Below, piece by piece: positions 1 to 13,786 of a stretch of 64,000 nucleotides of DNA; position 1 is the first letter of the stretch; each line of letters opens with the position of its first letter. The DNA lies in assembly GCA_030141605.1 (NCBI GenBank), contig JAQGDQ010000838.1, positions 25,385-89,384 of the forward strand. Direction: 5' to 3'. The position numbers and the translations under genes are program-made. The stretch is from Tubiluchus corallicola. Taxonomy: Eukaryota; Animalia; Priapulida. The notes beneath the pieces were generated by a model. It saw nothing but the letters and a program-made list of their open reading frames with translations. It did no database searches and was not told the DNA's origin.

Positions 1-544
1 TTCCAGGAAATATTTATTGAATGTATTTCCCAATTTTCTGTTTTCATAAAAAAACAATTATTTAGTTTTATATTCATTTGGCATTTGTTACTCTGATTTA
101 TTCATCATTTCTTTAATAATAGTTATAATAGATCAGGTTTTTTGCTATTTTGATACCTTGTTTTAATGATAATTTATCTTTTCCAATCTCCTTTTAACCT
201 TTGGCTTCTTCGTTCAACTCCTCATTCAGCTTTTAAATCCGCTCAAAGGCAAAAAATTCCCCATTTACGTCTCCACCACTTATCCACATGAGAATTGGAA
301 ATGCAGAGTGCATACTGCTTTCCACGACCACAGTCTCATTTCCAGGAAAATTCCGCGGGACTCCCGCGTCCTGCCTTCTACTCAGGATTGGCTGGAACAT
401 TCCAGAAGATGCAGCGGAGTTGCAAGACTAAGTTCATAATTTTTTGTTTGAATTCCAAGAAGTTTTTACCTCCACATGCCAGAAAAAAGGCACATACTAA
501 GAAACCAGAAAAAATCTCACATGCTCTTCCAATAAACCAGTAAG

Positions 545-790
545 TAAACTATAAACGAAAGAAACAGAAAACAAACGACGAAATGAATAAACGAATGAAC
601 AAACGAACAGACGAACGAACAGACACGGAGACGAAGGGACGATTGAACAAAGGAACAAACAAGCGAGCAAACGAATGAATGAATGAACGAAAAACGAACG
701 AACGAATGAATAAATGCACGAGTGAGTGAAAGAACCGACGAACGAGCAAACGAACAAACGAGCAAGCAGGCAAACAAACAAATGAATAAC
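545..790. repeat. Degenerate tetranucleotide microsatellite (AAAC/GAAC/GAAT)
   Basis: Mixed aacg/aaac/gaat units. These explain the low-complexity minus-strand ORFs at 497-815. Confidence 0.8.
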
Positions 791-850
791 AGGTGAAAAT
801 ACACAGAAAATTCAAATCAACTATCAGTGAGCGCTTAAGTAAAGTTGAAA

Positions 851-1128
851 TGAAAGTTTAAACTGTATACAGAGAAATAAACCAGGTAAAACTTTTCCAT
901 GAAGGGAAAGGAAGCCACAAGTTGATTAAAGGTAAATGTTATGCATACTAGTTCAAGGTTCTGTACAATGATGAAAGTTTAAACTGTATACAGAGAAATA
1001 AACCAGGTAAAACTTTTCCATGAAGTGAAAGGAAGCCAGCAGTTGATTAAAGGTAAATGTTATGCATACTAGTTCAAGGTTCTGTACAATGATGAAAGTT
1101 TAAACTGTATACAGAGAAATAAACCAGT
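851..1128. repeat. Tandem repeat, unit about 121 bp, about 2.3 copies
   Basis: gaaagtttaaactgtatacagagaaataaaccag recurs at about 852, 973 and 1094 with near-identical intervening sequence. Confidence 0.9.
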
Positions 1129-1596
1129 TTAATAGCTGAAATTTAGTAAATTCTTGTTTGAGATTTTAATTTAATATTTTAGCAAGAGAATGTAATAATA
1201 TGACTATCCAATGGATGTATGCATGTACAATAATGCTATTGATAATAATAATTATGGTTAATTACAACAAACTCATAATTAATGAAGGAAGCATGAGCTT
1301 CACGACATGGCTAGACTATGGGCACATATTCGTAGTTTACAAAAAGTTGTTTTAGTTTCGGAGGTCAAAATATTGCTCAGCAGGTGATTTTCCATAACAC
1401 AACCGTTTTTTATTTTGCAATGGCTTTTCAACTTGTTTCCTTCCGGATTTTCATCACCAGGCACTGTATTGATATCATCTCTACGTGGCTGAGTAAATTC
1501 TATGTGTGGATGAACCCTCAAATATTAGTTGCAAACACCCGCAAGCTATCACGTATAAAATAACCAAAGCAACCAAAAGAGCAACACAAGCTTATT

Positions 1597-2025
1597 GTTT
1601 GTTGGCATCCCTCTGTCTCGGAAGACAATGGAGTGTGCGCCAAGAGAGTCAGTTATTGATCACATTGATGGAGCTGCAGCGTCGACTGTGGCTGAGCAGT
1701 GCGATCCTTGAACGTCTCCAGGGCGCACGCCTGGGCAAGGTGTATGGAGATCCTGAATTGCCCAGACAACAGGAACCCCCTCTCTTCCTCCATGGTATAG
1801 TCCAAAAGAAAGCAGAGCGATACTTTTGCCACCAGGTTGGCTGCCGGAGTCAGTGAGCATGCTGGACTGGTCCGCCTTCAGGGCTCCACTTCTGATTTGG
1901 AAGGTTAACTCCTCTACACATGGTCGTTGGGTCACTTGATCGCCTCCGCCCTCTAGCCGTTGGCTGCTTGTGCAGCTCCTTCGCCTAGTGTGTGCATTCG
2001 TGTGTGAGATACAGTGTGGGCATTC
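1597..2025 (-). mobile_element. Body of the 5S-SINE family (RTE-like bipartite body) without the 5S head
   Basis: Collinear with 11345-11744, from ggcatcc..tctgtctcggaagac to tacagtgtgggcat. It stops where the 5S head begins in the other copies. Confidence 0.85.
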
Positions 2026-2516
2026 GTGGACAACACGAGCTTATAGCTAATTAATAAGCAACTCTAATCCATTAATTCACAGGCCAAATTTAGCAATAAA
2101 GAAACAGACTCATCTCTATATAGTACACTATGCATAGTAGTTAATCTGCATTGAAGTAGCGTCTTTTCTTCCTCTGTGTCTTGAGCTCCATGTTATTCCA
2201 CACTAATAGCTTCCCACATGAATATGAATAATAGCTTCCCACACGCCCGACAGATCACGCTGTACAATGTTACATCAACAACAAGATGGCTGTGTTGCAG
2301 CAGCTTTACTGGGACGCTAATGACGTCATCGAGCTCCAAATGAAAGGACTTCAGCAACGACTTACAATGCCCACTAGAAACTAGTGTCAATGTCATAGGT
2401 TATTATCAACATTTGTCTGTGCTGTTTTTGCTTATTACTGAAATTGTGTAATTAGGGAAATGCAGTTTTTAATTTGCTCTCTTAAACAAGTTTGTGCTCT
2501 TAAAGCACAAGGAAAC

Positions 2517-2995
2517 ATAAATAAAGCTTAATCTTATACCACTTACATCCTGTCTTAATGCATACAGAGCTTGTGTTTGAAGTAACGCTGTGTAAAACTT
2601 GTAAATATAAACTCCAGCGATGACACAGTTCTTTCAAACAAGTAGGCGTAATGCAAAGTAATATAACTTTGTGGTCATAAATAAAGCTTAATCTTATATC
2701 ACTTAAATCCTGTCTTAATGTATACAGAGCTTGTGTTTGAAGTAACGCTGTGTAAAACTTGTAAATATAAACTGCAGCCATGTCACAATTCTTTCAAACA
2801 GGTAAGTGTAATGCATAGTACATGTAATATAACTTTGTGATCATAAATAAAGCTTAATGTTATATACATCCCATCTTAGTGCATACAGAGCTTGTGTTTG
2901 AAGTAACGCTGTGTAAAACTTGTAACTATAAACTCCCGCAATGACAATTCATTCTTTCAAACAGGTAAGCGCAATGCAAAGTAATATGACTTTGT
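2517..2995. repeat. Tandem repeat, unit about 160-165 bp, 3 copies
   Basis: cataaataaagcttaat...catacagagcttgtgtttgaagtaacgctgtgtaaaacttgtaa is repeated three times. Confidence 0.9.
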
Positions 2996-3120
2996 GTGGA
3001 AAGTTCTTTGGGATATACTTTAAAATTCGGTTTTCTTTCCCTTTAAACAAAGACTTTCGTTCAGTTTCCTATAGACCTGTTTCAGATCTGCAGTTAATCA
3101 CGGACCTTGCTTCTTTTTAC

Positions 3121-3702
3121 AACAAAAAACAACCAAACTGTTGAGAACAAGAATAATTTTTTTTCGTTTAATGCATTAGACTGAATGTTTTTACCTAATG
3201 TTTGTTCTCGAAAACTGCCGTGTCACCTGTGTATTCAAGTAAATAAAAGCAATAAACAAATGAGTTAAAACATCATGATGTACTTATTTATATTATCATT
3301 TCATAACATACAATCTGTAAATGAAAATATAAATGTTAGTAGACGTAACAACATATTACAATTCAGTATTTAATCATGGGAATTTCTATCCCGACACATA
3401 CAGTGCCTTTATTAAGTTTAGAAATAGCTTTGCCTCTAAACGTTGTGAAAGACCTGCTCCGTCAATTTTCATGACTGTCAGGTCTTTCCCAACGAATTAT
3501 TTCCTGCCTCAGACTTTATACCAGGCCTGTTCATTAAACAGTTACATGGTTAATGATACGATAAGACAGGTTTCCTTTATACATACTTGCACAATAGAAC
3601 TACAGAAAGTAATTATGTACTCTTTTTTTAAGTACCTGGTATAGTTATTATATAGAGCAAATATTAATTTGCTTACTTGGGAAATTGAGTTTCCGACACG
3701 AA
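3121..3702 (+). repeat. Dispersed unclassified repeat, copy 1 (about 580 bp)
   Basis: Collinear and highly similar to 31171-31844. Confidence 0.85.
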
Positions 3703-4228
3703 GCTTTTCCGGTAAGTTACGGTCGTGCAAGAAAAAAATCCAGTTTAAAAGGTTGGTGGTCGCGCAGAAAAACGTTCCGAAGTTCAGACTACAGTAAAAA
3801 TAGAACAAGTGGTTCGCGAAGTTAAAATTTCCCAGTGTGGTATTACAGTACATTAGCTTTTGACTGAATGCCTAGTTACAACTTTATAGCTTTAGTAAAC
3901 TTTTAAATTATGTTCGAAAATCTTTTGCGTGTTAAAAAAATAATTAAATGCCGAAACAATAACAGCTTATCACAAATTGGAAAACATGCATGCTGACAAA
4001 GTTATAAAGCAATAAGAGCAGGAAACAATAAAGAAATCAACAACTAGTTAACAAGATCTTCGTCGCAGAAAATAAGACATTGGTAAAAATTTATTGTCCA
4101 GAAAAAACGGGTATTACGGTATCAGGAATTCCCGTAAAGAGAAAGTGTACCAACAGGTGCACAGAGCCGTGCAGCGCAAAGGAACTAAAGTGAAAAATTT
4201 TTTAGTGCTGGGACAAAATACCCCTTAA

Positions 4229-4838
4229 AATAAAATCGGACCCAATCTTAAACTGTAGGACAAAACAATCTACTCTTTAAAATATTGAAAGGAAACATAC
4301 TATTTTTTAGAGAATCACTTACGTGAAAGACTTATTACCACACAAACACAATTTCACATTCGTTCTACTAGTTCTTCGCTGTTACACGCATTTCGCCATT
4401 CGCTAGCTAGATGGGCACTAGCACCTGCATTTCGGAAACGCATTGCACAAAAACAGGTGCTGTGCCTCTCAGTTCAGATGTGTTAGTAAATGACGAACTG
4501 CTCACGTTCGACAGCGCATGCGTGAGCACAGTGGTAAATTTGAATTTTTATCTTAAAACTTGCCTAGTTTTAGCACAACATACCGAATATCTTACAGTAG
4601 CTCAGTACTTCAATTTTCGCTTTCGCAAACACGTGCAACATGCTCGTAAAATATTTTTGCTGTTGAAAATTATGTTGGTTTGTGATGTCATCAATCGTTG
4701 GGCTCGCCCGTCGTTAATTAAGTTTTTAATCTATTATTTAACTATCAGAAATGCTTTTGCAGTATCAATCGTGTTAAATGTATACTCTTTATCCAACTTG
4801 AAAATGGGGTAGTATATGAAAAATCATCCTGTCTTCCC
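4229..4838 (+). mobile_element. Non-autonomous DNA transposon family A (TTAA-flanked, Kolobok-like), copy 1
   Basis: About 610 bp, with five copies in the window. Flanked by TTAA and has short imperfect termini (consensus AG(C/G)AA... to ...TTCCT). Confidence 0.75.
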
Positions 4839-5589
4839 TTAAAGAAATGAGAAACTGTACCAGCTATTGAAAGAAACCTCTTCGTCTAGTTTCCATTGAA
4901 AATGGTGGTTACATAACGCACTTGATGTAAATTTTAACAATAGTTAAATTCGTTAAATTAGTAAAAATAGTAAAAATTAGTAAAAATAGTAAAATTAGTT
5001 AACATTAAAAATTTTTTCCGGCATTAATTTTTTTGACTTGTTGAAATATACCGTAATCAAAACTTGGGGCACGTTTTTTGCACCACCTGGTATATCGTTG
5101 TTAGTAATTTCCATTTATTGTTCATTTTACTCCTTGCAAGAATTTCGATCTTCGCAAAACTCAGGTAATTTACAGATAATTTATGTCTACAATTAGTGCA
5201 GCGGCAGTTTAGAATCATTCAATGAACATACCGCAAATTCTATTTACTGCAAATTATTTTTGTACAAAAGATTGCATTACCCAGTTTGCGTCATAAAATG
5301 AGAAAAAGTATCAAGTGGTCACGTAGCTTAGTTTAATGAATTGCAACTTTACGGCTGCATTATATCTTCAGGCGATGACACGATTCATTTTTCTGTCACC
5401 AATAATATTATAAAAACTTGACTGTTCAGGCTTAAGCGTTCAATAACAAGGTAAATTACACATTGAAACCCTTAGCAGTCTTATTTTAGTTTGACTAGCA
5501 AAAACTATACATGGAAATATATGACGTGTTTCAACGTTAAATTGTGAAACGTGCAACCAAATAAAAAATGAAAAATGGTCGTATAAATT

Positions 5590-6390
<801 letters not shown>

Positions 6391-6565
6391 ATTGATGAAA
6401 TGATTGGTAAACGTAAAAATGATCACTCTTTCCAGCAGAACAAGGCAGCCCTGACAGTAGGACATTTAAGTAGCAGGAACGATTAGAAATCAACAAATTT
6501 AACCAGCTGCAATAAGGCAGTGCAGCCGGAGTTACCAGTGACGTCACGCGCGCTGTTTCTCGATT

Positions 6566-6720
6566 CAGGGATGTGCCGACAGGGCAACTTGTACTCCGAT
6601 CCGATCCGAGCCGATTATTTCTACCTAATGGCAAGTTGTTTTCCCATCGGATCCGATTATTTTGAACTAACGGTCGCTCCGATACGATCCGATCTCAGAC
6701 CTAATCCGATATGATGGCAT
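6566..6720. mobile_element. Possible hAT-like MITE remnant with CCGAT subterminal repeats
   Basis: Begins cagggatgtgccga, followed by many ccgat/atcgg motifs. No clean second TIR. Confidence 0.35.
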
Positions 6721-6921
6721 TAGAGCAGTTGCATCAAACGGTGAATCTACGTACGGTTGTGATTGTAGCGAGTCAAAATTAAATCCCAAAAGAATTTCTA
6801 GATAGGTTAACAGCAATAACTGTAATTTTCGTTTAAGACATTTAAGAAGCAGGAATGATGAGAAATCAACGATACCTTTATATATTTATATAAATATATT
6901 TATCTATTTTGTAAGTGAGTC

Positions 6922-7132
6922 GGTACTAAATGCTTCCAGTAGGTTCTATCTGATATAAAATGCATCAGTCTTAAATAATCGTACATTAATATTTTCTAAC
7001 CGTCATTTTCTACTAATGTCTAATGTATTCTTGTAGTAAAACTTGTCAGCTTGTGTAGTTATAGTCTATTCTTACTGTAAATGTTCTTGTAAATAGTGTA
7101 TAAAATCTGTTGTGGTGAGGATCCTAAATCAT
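6922..7132 (+). repeat. Dispersed repeat, inverted copy at 54158-54367
   Basis: gtactaaatgcttccagtag...gtggtgaggatcctaaat is the reverse complement of 54158-54367. Confidence 0.85.
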
Positions 7133-8730
7133 GCTGTTCAAACTGTCTGATCCAAAACCTATGTTATGTTTAAACTAATAAGCGTAATTTCGATTATACG
7201 TAATAACAAAAGTATGATGATTACTAATGTATTCACAACGAAAATGCGTTTCAGGTGAAAACTTGGGTGAAAATGTTTAATTTGAAAGCTTTACCCGGCC
7301 ATTAACTGAGTAAGCTGAGTAGCAAGTGAGTCGGTAAAAATTACTATATGGCTTCACAAGCTTCAGCGGTAATGCTACTCAGTTGGAAGTAGCCTAGGTG
7401 TATGTGTACATAAATTACCCTGCATACTAGGTTACCATTTGGCTAATAGTGTAAGTATATAAGCAGGTTTTTTATCAACTGCAGGACTATGAGGTATCTC
7501 AGAAACAGTGTGAAACTCATCAGTTAAATTTCTTTTAACATTTTTTACAGTAAACTTAGTAATACATTCAACTAACAAAAAAGTAACTTGAGATACCGTG
7601 CCCAGGAATTCGTTATCTTCTTTTAAAAATGCTGCTTTTATTGTTGCTTCGTCTGCCTCAGCTGTCGTACCACGCTCCGAGAACTTTAATGTCAGATCTT
7701 CCAGTTTTGCCAAACGATTCTGGAGAGTGTGTCTGCACATCTTGACACGCTGAAGATAGTTTGAAATGTCACCAATCATTGACTTACATATTAGGTTACC
7801 CATTTGGCTAATAGTGTAAGTACATAAGTTAATAATATAACCATTTAATTAACAAATAAGGTTGATATAATGGCATAAGGATTTATATGCATAAACCTGC
7901 TAGCGTTTGGCTTCCTTCCCTCCGCTATTATTTTATGGACGCAATTAGGCTTTCTGTAAATCAAACGAAATGTTTTATCTGGTGTCCTCTCACCGATGGT
8001 TTGCTCTTTTAACTATTTTTATCACATATAAATTCCTCTAATATAAAAATATTGTTAATACATGTAAAGATGTAGATTGGTAAAAAACTAACAGTTTTTA
8101 AACATTAATTTATCTGCTTTTTAAATAGTAGAATGCACCTAAATTAACGTTTCTCATTCAGAGAAACTGTTATCTGTTCTGTAGTAGTGACATGGTTCAA
8201 GCTTGTTATATTTTTGATGTAATTATACGATTTGAATATGTTTTATTTGGTTGGTGCAATAAACTCATTATAACTCGGGGGCGTCTGTAAAAATTAATTG
8301 GATTTAATTCAATTTAATAGGAATTATGCGGAAATCGTTTTACAGAAATGGCATTTACGGACAAGCTTGATTTGTATGAAAGAAACTTGACGTTATTTGT
8401 GTTACGTTTCTCGGGAACAGGATGCTGAATACGATCAGTGACCCTACGAGAATTTAGGATGGATTCTTTTCAATCTTTATCTATTCCTAATTTATAACCA
8501 TTTTGTGGATTTCGACAAAATTCGACAAAGTCTGATACAGTAAACAAAAACTGGGTGAAAGGACAGAACAGGTCACTCAGTATGTTGGGTTTATTTTACT
8601 ATTAACACTCAAACATAGAAGAACATAACAAAAAAAAAATTGCAGAAAAACTTTCTATAGGACGTAAATCTAGAATATACCACCTCTGAATATAAATTTT
8701 CAGGCGTGGTGGTTGCCGCCACTCGTTTAA

Positions 8731-9339
8731 AGCGGACCAAAATCGGACCTAATTTTAAACTGTAGGCCAAAACAATCTACTGTTTAAAATATTGAAAGGA
8801 AACACACTTTTTTACAAAAAATACTTCTGTGAAAAAATTATTACTATACAAACTCAGTTTCACGTTCACGCCACTAGTTCTTAGCTATTATATGTATTTC
8901 GCTATTCACTAGTTAGACGCGCACCAGCATTTTGGAAACGCATCGCACAAAAACAGGTGCTGACCTCTCAGTTCAGATGTGTTAGTTTGTGACGACCTAC
9001 ACACGTTCGACAGATCATGCGTGAGCACAGCGGTAAATTTGAATTTTTATCTTAAAACTTGCCTAGCTTTAGTACGAAACACTGTATCTCTTACAGAGTA
9101 GTTCAGTACTTCAATTTTCGCTTTCGCAAACACGTGCAACACGCTCATGGAATATTTTTGCTGGTGAAAATTATGTTAGTTTGTGATGTCATTAATTGTT
9201 GGGCTCGCCCGCCATTGATTAGGTTTTTAATCTATTATTTAATTATCATAAACGCTTTTGCAGTATTAATTGTGTTAAAATGTATACTTTTATCGGTCTT
9301 GCAAATGGGATAGTATAGGAAAAATCGTCCGGTCTTCCT
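8731..9339 (+). mobile_element. Family A TTAA-flanked element, copy 2
   Basis: TTAA at 8727-8730 and 9340-9343. Collinear with 4229-4838. Confidence 0.8.
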
Positions 9340-10104
9340 TTAAAAATTATGACCTATGAAAAGACCTTATGGGGACTTTTCGTAAGCCCATCACGGCTTC
9401 AGTGAGCGTGCGCTACTTGAACTAATTCAAACGTCTTCAGCTTACCTAATATTCACGCAAAAATGTTACAAAGTCACACATCGAATGTTTTTGTAAAAAA
9501 TTATTATACTTTTGACGAATATTGATAATGCGCTACTTTTCTTCAACGCGAATGACGTCATTGGAAGAAGAATGGACATTGAAAATGGGAGCGGCCAAGT
9601 GTGAAGTGATCGCGACTTTAAAGTGATTTTACTAATTAAACGAGGTGCTTATTGCAGTTTTATTACTAAATTCTTCTAACATTTTTTGCGAACATAGAAA
9701 GAAGCCTGACGTCCTAGAAGCTTGAAATTTTCTTCAAATAGTTTGCTAATCGATCCGTGACCAATAACTGTTAACTAGCACCGTTTCGACATCATTAGCA
9801 AAAGCAAAAGAATTCAAATTTTCCGACACGAGTATTTAAAGATTTTAAATTTGTGAAGGATGGTTCTAATCTAAGGATTTGCTTCGTGGCTAAAGTGTCT
9901 GTATTCGATTAAGAAAGATGGCGCGTCTCTTATTGGACTGGCGTTATTTTTGCGTTGCGAGTCGCGACCCGTTCCTATATTCTTGCTCTATTGTGTAACG
10001 ACTCGTATTTTCTAAGTATTACGACAATTAAATTTGGTTCAAAAACGTATTTACACTCGACACACTTAGATTTACAGCGTACTGAAAACGTAAAACGCAC
10101 AATT

Positions 10105-10680
10105 TTTAGATTTTTTTTAGATTTAATATTTTATTTCAAACTTTACAAAGTTCATATACACATCACAAATTAATAAAAATAATACAATAAATCATGACAC
10201 ACAACAATAACACAAATAACAATTAACGATATAACAAACTACGCCAATGACATCTAATTACAGAAGTAAAGTTTGCATCACTGTTTAAAATGTTCTTGCA
10301 TGTAAAATTTTCACTCTTATTCAGCCTGACGTGTAAACTGTATGCACATTTTCTATGAATCACATCAAAATAAATAATATTAAGTCTAGTAGAAATATAT
10401 CTTGCGCTCGTATCATATGAAAAGTTAAACAGCTTCCGTGTTGATACATTATATGCAACCTTGAGTTTGCTAGGATTGTAAGAATAAAAATGTCTCCAAG
10501 TGGACATACAATAAAACGTAGTGCAGTAAGCATTAAACAATTGTCTCTTCACGTTAACTGAACATTGAGTAAATTTCTTGAGTAATTTATTAGCTCTACC
10601 ATAGTAAATTGAACATTGTCGTAACATATCTAAATCATCTCTATTTCTATCTGATGAAATATGACCCAGATATTTTTCCT
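10105..10680 (-). mobile_element. 5'-truncated non-LTR retrotransposon (RT C-terminal part plus 3' UTR), RTE-X-like
   Basis: Translates to EKYLGHISSDRNRDDLDMLRQCSIYYGRANKLLKKFTQCSVNVKRQLFNAYCTTFYCMSTW...LKVAYN, with the KYLG motif and a typical post-RT region. A-rich tail near 10105-10135. The clade label is from recall. Confidence 0.75.
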
Positions 10681-11344
10681 TTTTACTAGGTACAAAACAA
10701 TCTATGAAACAGAAAGCGAGACAGCCTATTCAGAGCTGTCTGGATGGCAAATTAACAAATCCTATTTTATAAATATATGATTCAATAAATTACAAATAAA
10801 ATACAATCAATAAATTGCAAGCAGTCACAATATAATACATCAATAATAAACAAACAGCACCTATATTATAATTAAAGTACATTTGCAGACAAAAACATTA
10901 GTGCTTTTAATATGTTTTATTTTGGTTTTGAATGCGGTTATGATTTAATACGTTTGATTTCGCTTAATGCGTTTGATACATGTGAACCTGAGTTACAGAG
11001 CTTGACACCAATTTCCAAAGTTATTGTTTGTTTCAAATTAAATGTTCAGGACTTTCAAGTAATGCTAATTTGTTATTAATTTTTTCCAATGAAATTTTTA
11101 ACTTGTTTACATATTTGAAAAAGAATAATAATGTGATAATTCTTATGGGTTTTTATAACTGTTAGTTTTTAGTTTGTTTCTTAAAAATTAGTTACAGAAT
11201 GTGCTTTCTTAGGACTGTTTGGCTTGTATTGATGATTTCGTCTCAAACCTGACATTAATTTTAGTGCATAATTTTGTAACATGTTAATTTTTACTTTTGG
11301 TTTTTGGAAGACTACACAGCTATCTGGAAAATGCATAAAGGCTG

Positions 11345-11864
11345 GTTGGATGGCATCCTTCTGTCTCGGAAGACTGGAGTGTGCGCCAAGAGAGTCAGTT
11401 ATTGATCACATTGATGGAGCTGCAGCGTCGACTGTGTCTGAGCAGTCCGATCCTTCAACCACTGGAGTATGGAGATCCTGAGTTGCCCAGACAACAGGAA
11501 CCCCCTCTCTTCTTCCCTGGTGTAGTCCAAAGGAAAGCGATACGTTTGGCACCAGGTTGGCTGCAGGAGCTGCCGGAGTCAGTGAGCATGCTGCACTGGT
11601 CCGCCTCCGGGGCTCCACTCCTGATTTGGAAGGTTTACTCCTCTACACATGGCCGTTGGGTCACTTGACCTCCTCCGTACTCTAGCCGTTGGCTGCTTGT
11701 GCAGCTCCTCCGCCTAGTGTCGAGGTACAGTGTGGGCATCCCGCAAGCCTACAGCACCTGGTATTACTAGGCGTTTACTCATCCAAGTACTAACCAGGCT
11801 CTACGTTGCTTAACTTTGGTGATCAGACGAGAACCGGTGTTTTCAGCGTGATTTGGCTATAGTG
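11345..11864 (-). mobile_element. 5S rRNA-derived SINE (SINE3), full length
   Basis: A 120-nt 5S head (11745-11864, minus strand) runs directly into a 400-bp body shared with 1597-2025 and 45482-45585. No oligo-T Pol III terminator follows the 5S part. Confidence 0.85.
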
Positions 11865-12540
11865 TATAAAGACTAGTGTTTTGTGTAGTAGTACTTTTGT
11901 ATCTTTCGATAGTTGGCCTTTCACTTGCCGTAGATATGAAGTGATGGTTGTCAGTTTTGCATGTTTTCAAGTTGCTCGTGCCATGATGAATCTTTGCCCA
12001 GTGGTCAACTACAACCTCCGTGTTCATTACCTCGAGCGATGCCCTCTCTTCGGCTATTACAACGTTGGTACTCCCAGAGGAAGACGAAAGGTGTGAGTTC
12101 AGGTATAGTGCCATCACAGAACACCGTGTACAAATCGTATCATAAAAATAGCAGCCGTGCGTCGTACTGATATATGAGCAGCAGAGTTTAGAATTTCTAA
12201 CGTAGTTTAATTATAACATTCGCAAGCTTTCCTAATTCATTGCTGTAAGTGATACTCACAACGCAGATTAATAACACCCTGCGGACAAATATATAATTAT
12301 TATTATAGTACAAATGTATAAACTCTCTACTTACTGAAGACGATAAGTAATAGGCGGACTAGTAACAGAAGTTTGAAAACAATCTAATTATCTAGGGAAG
12401 ACTATAATACCAAGATGCTCTTACGAAATATCATCTTATGAATAGTGGTATCAGTTGACGTTTTCTTTCTGGCTATTTATGTGGCTGAGGGAGTATACAT
12501 AGACGCCGATAATGATTGGGGTACTCTGGCGTTATTTTAT

Positions 12541-13022
<482 letters not shown>

Positions 13023-13417
13023 TAAACTTTATTTAATGAGCAAAACATTTATTAAATATCAAACACAACACGGTAAATATAAGAGGATAGCAATGCCAGC
13101 CCTCCGTCTTCAAGTCGGTTCCTAATCTCTCCCCGAAGTGCGGGCCTCAAACACTTTTGCTAACTACCTAATGCGCCGTGAGCTTCTGCGCATAAGGATT
13201 ACATCATCAATCTTTACTTCTGAGTCAGCCGGTCGAACATCAGCTGGTCACGTGATGATGCCACACCTAACTAGGCTTCTATCCGCGACGATAATTTAAT
13301 CTTGCATCGTCAAGCATTTAATCTTGAATTATTAATTTAATAATTTAATCACCAATATAATCAAAATCATTATTTAACACAGCTTTCCTTTACTCATAGA
13401 AGTGTTAGGAGTAAGGT

Positions 13418-13786
13418 TAGGCGTCGAACGTTCGAGTTTGAATTCGTTTCGAAACAGTTTTTTAGTTCGAGTTTGATTCGAACCTAAAATTGTGGATTCG
13501 TATAATTTAGCACTTCGTCTACATACGTTCTTTCTCATCAGAACGTCTGAAACGTCATGCTGTCGGTTTAGTTGCCATTTCTGTGCAGAATTTTTAAAAC
13601 AAATTATCTGTGTTTTATTGCAAAATAAAATTAAGTAATATGCGTGAGTTTTGTGAAACTGCCTTTTGTTAATGATTCGAAAATCTGTACGATTCTCTTC
13701 AAAAATGAACTAAAATTCGATTCGAATTCGAAAACTGGAGATTCGGCTTGATTCGAGTTCGAAAGTTACTTATTCGATTCGATAGG
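13418..13786. mobile_element. Degenerate MITE-like element with TTCGA-rich ends
   Basis: Clusters of ttcga/tcgaa at 13425-13500 and 13676-13782 flank an AT-rich core. Confidence 0.35.

Noticed and set aside
9905-9945. YY1-like AAGATGGCG plus reverse CCAAT as promoter of the MS4A-kinase gene
   Set aside because: It lies 7 kb away among repeats, with no identifiable exon or donor linking it to the acceptor at 16803.
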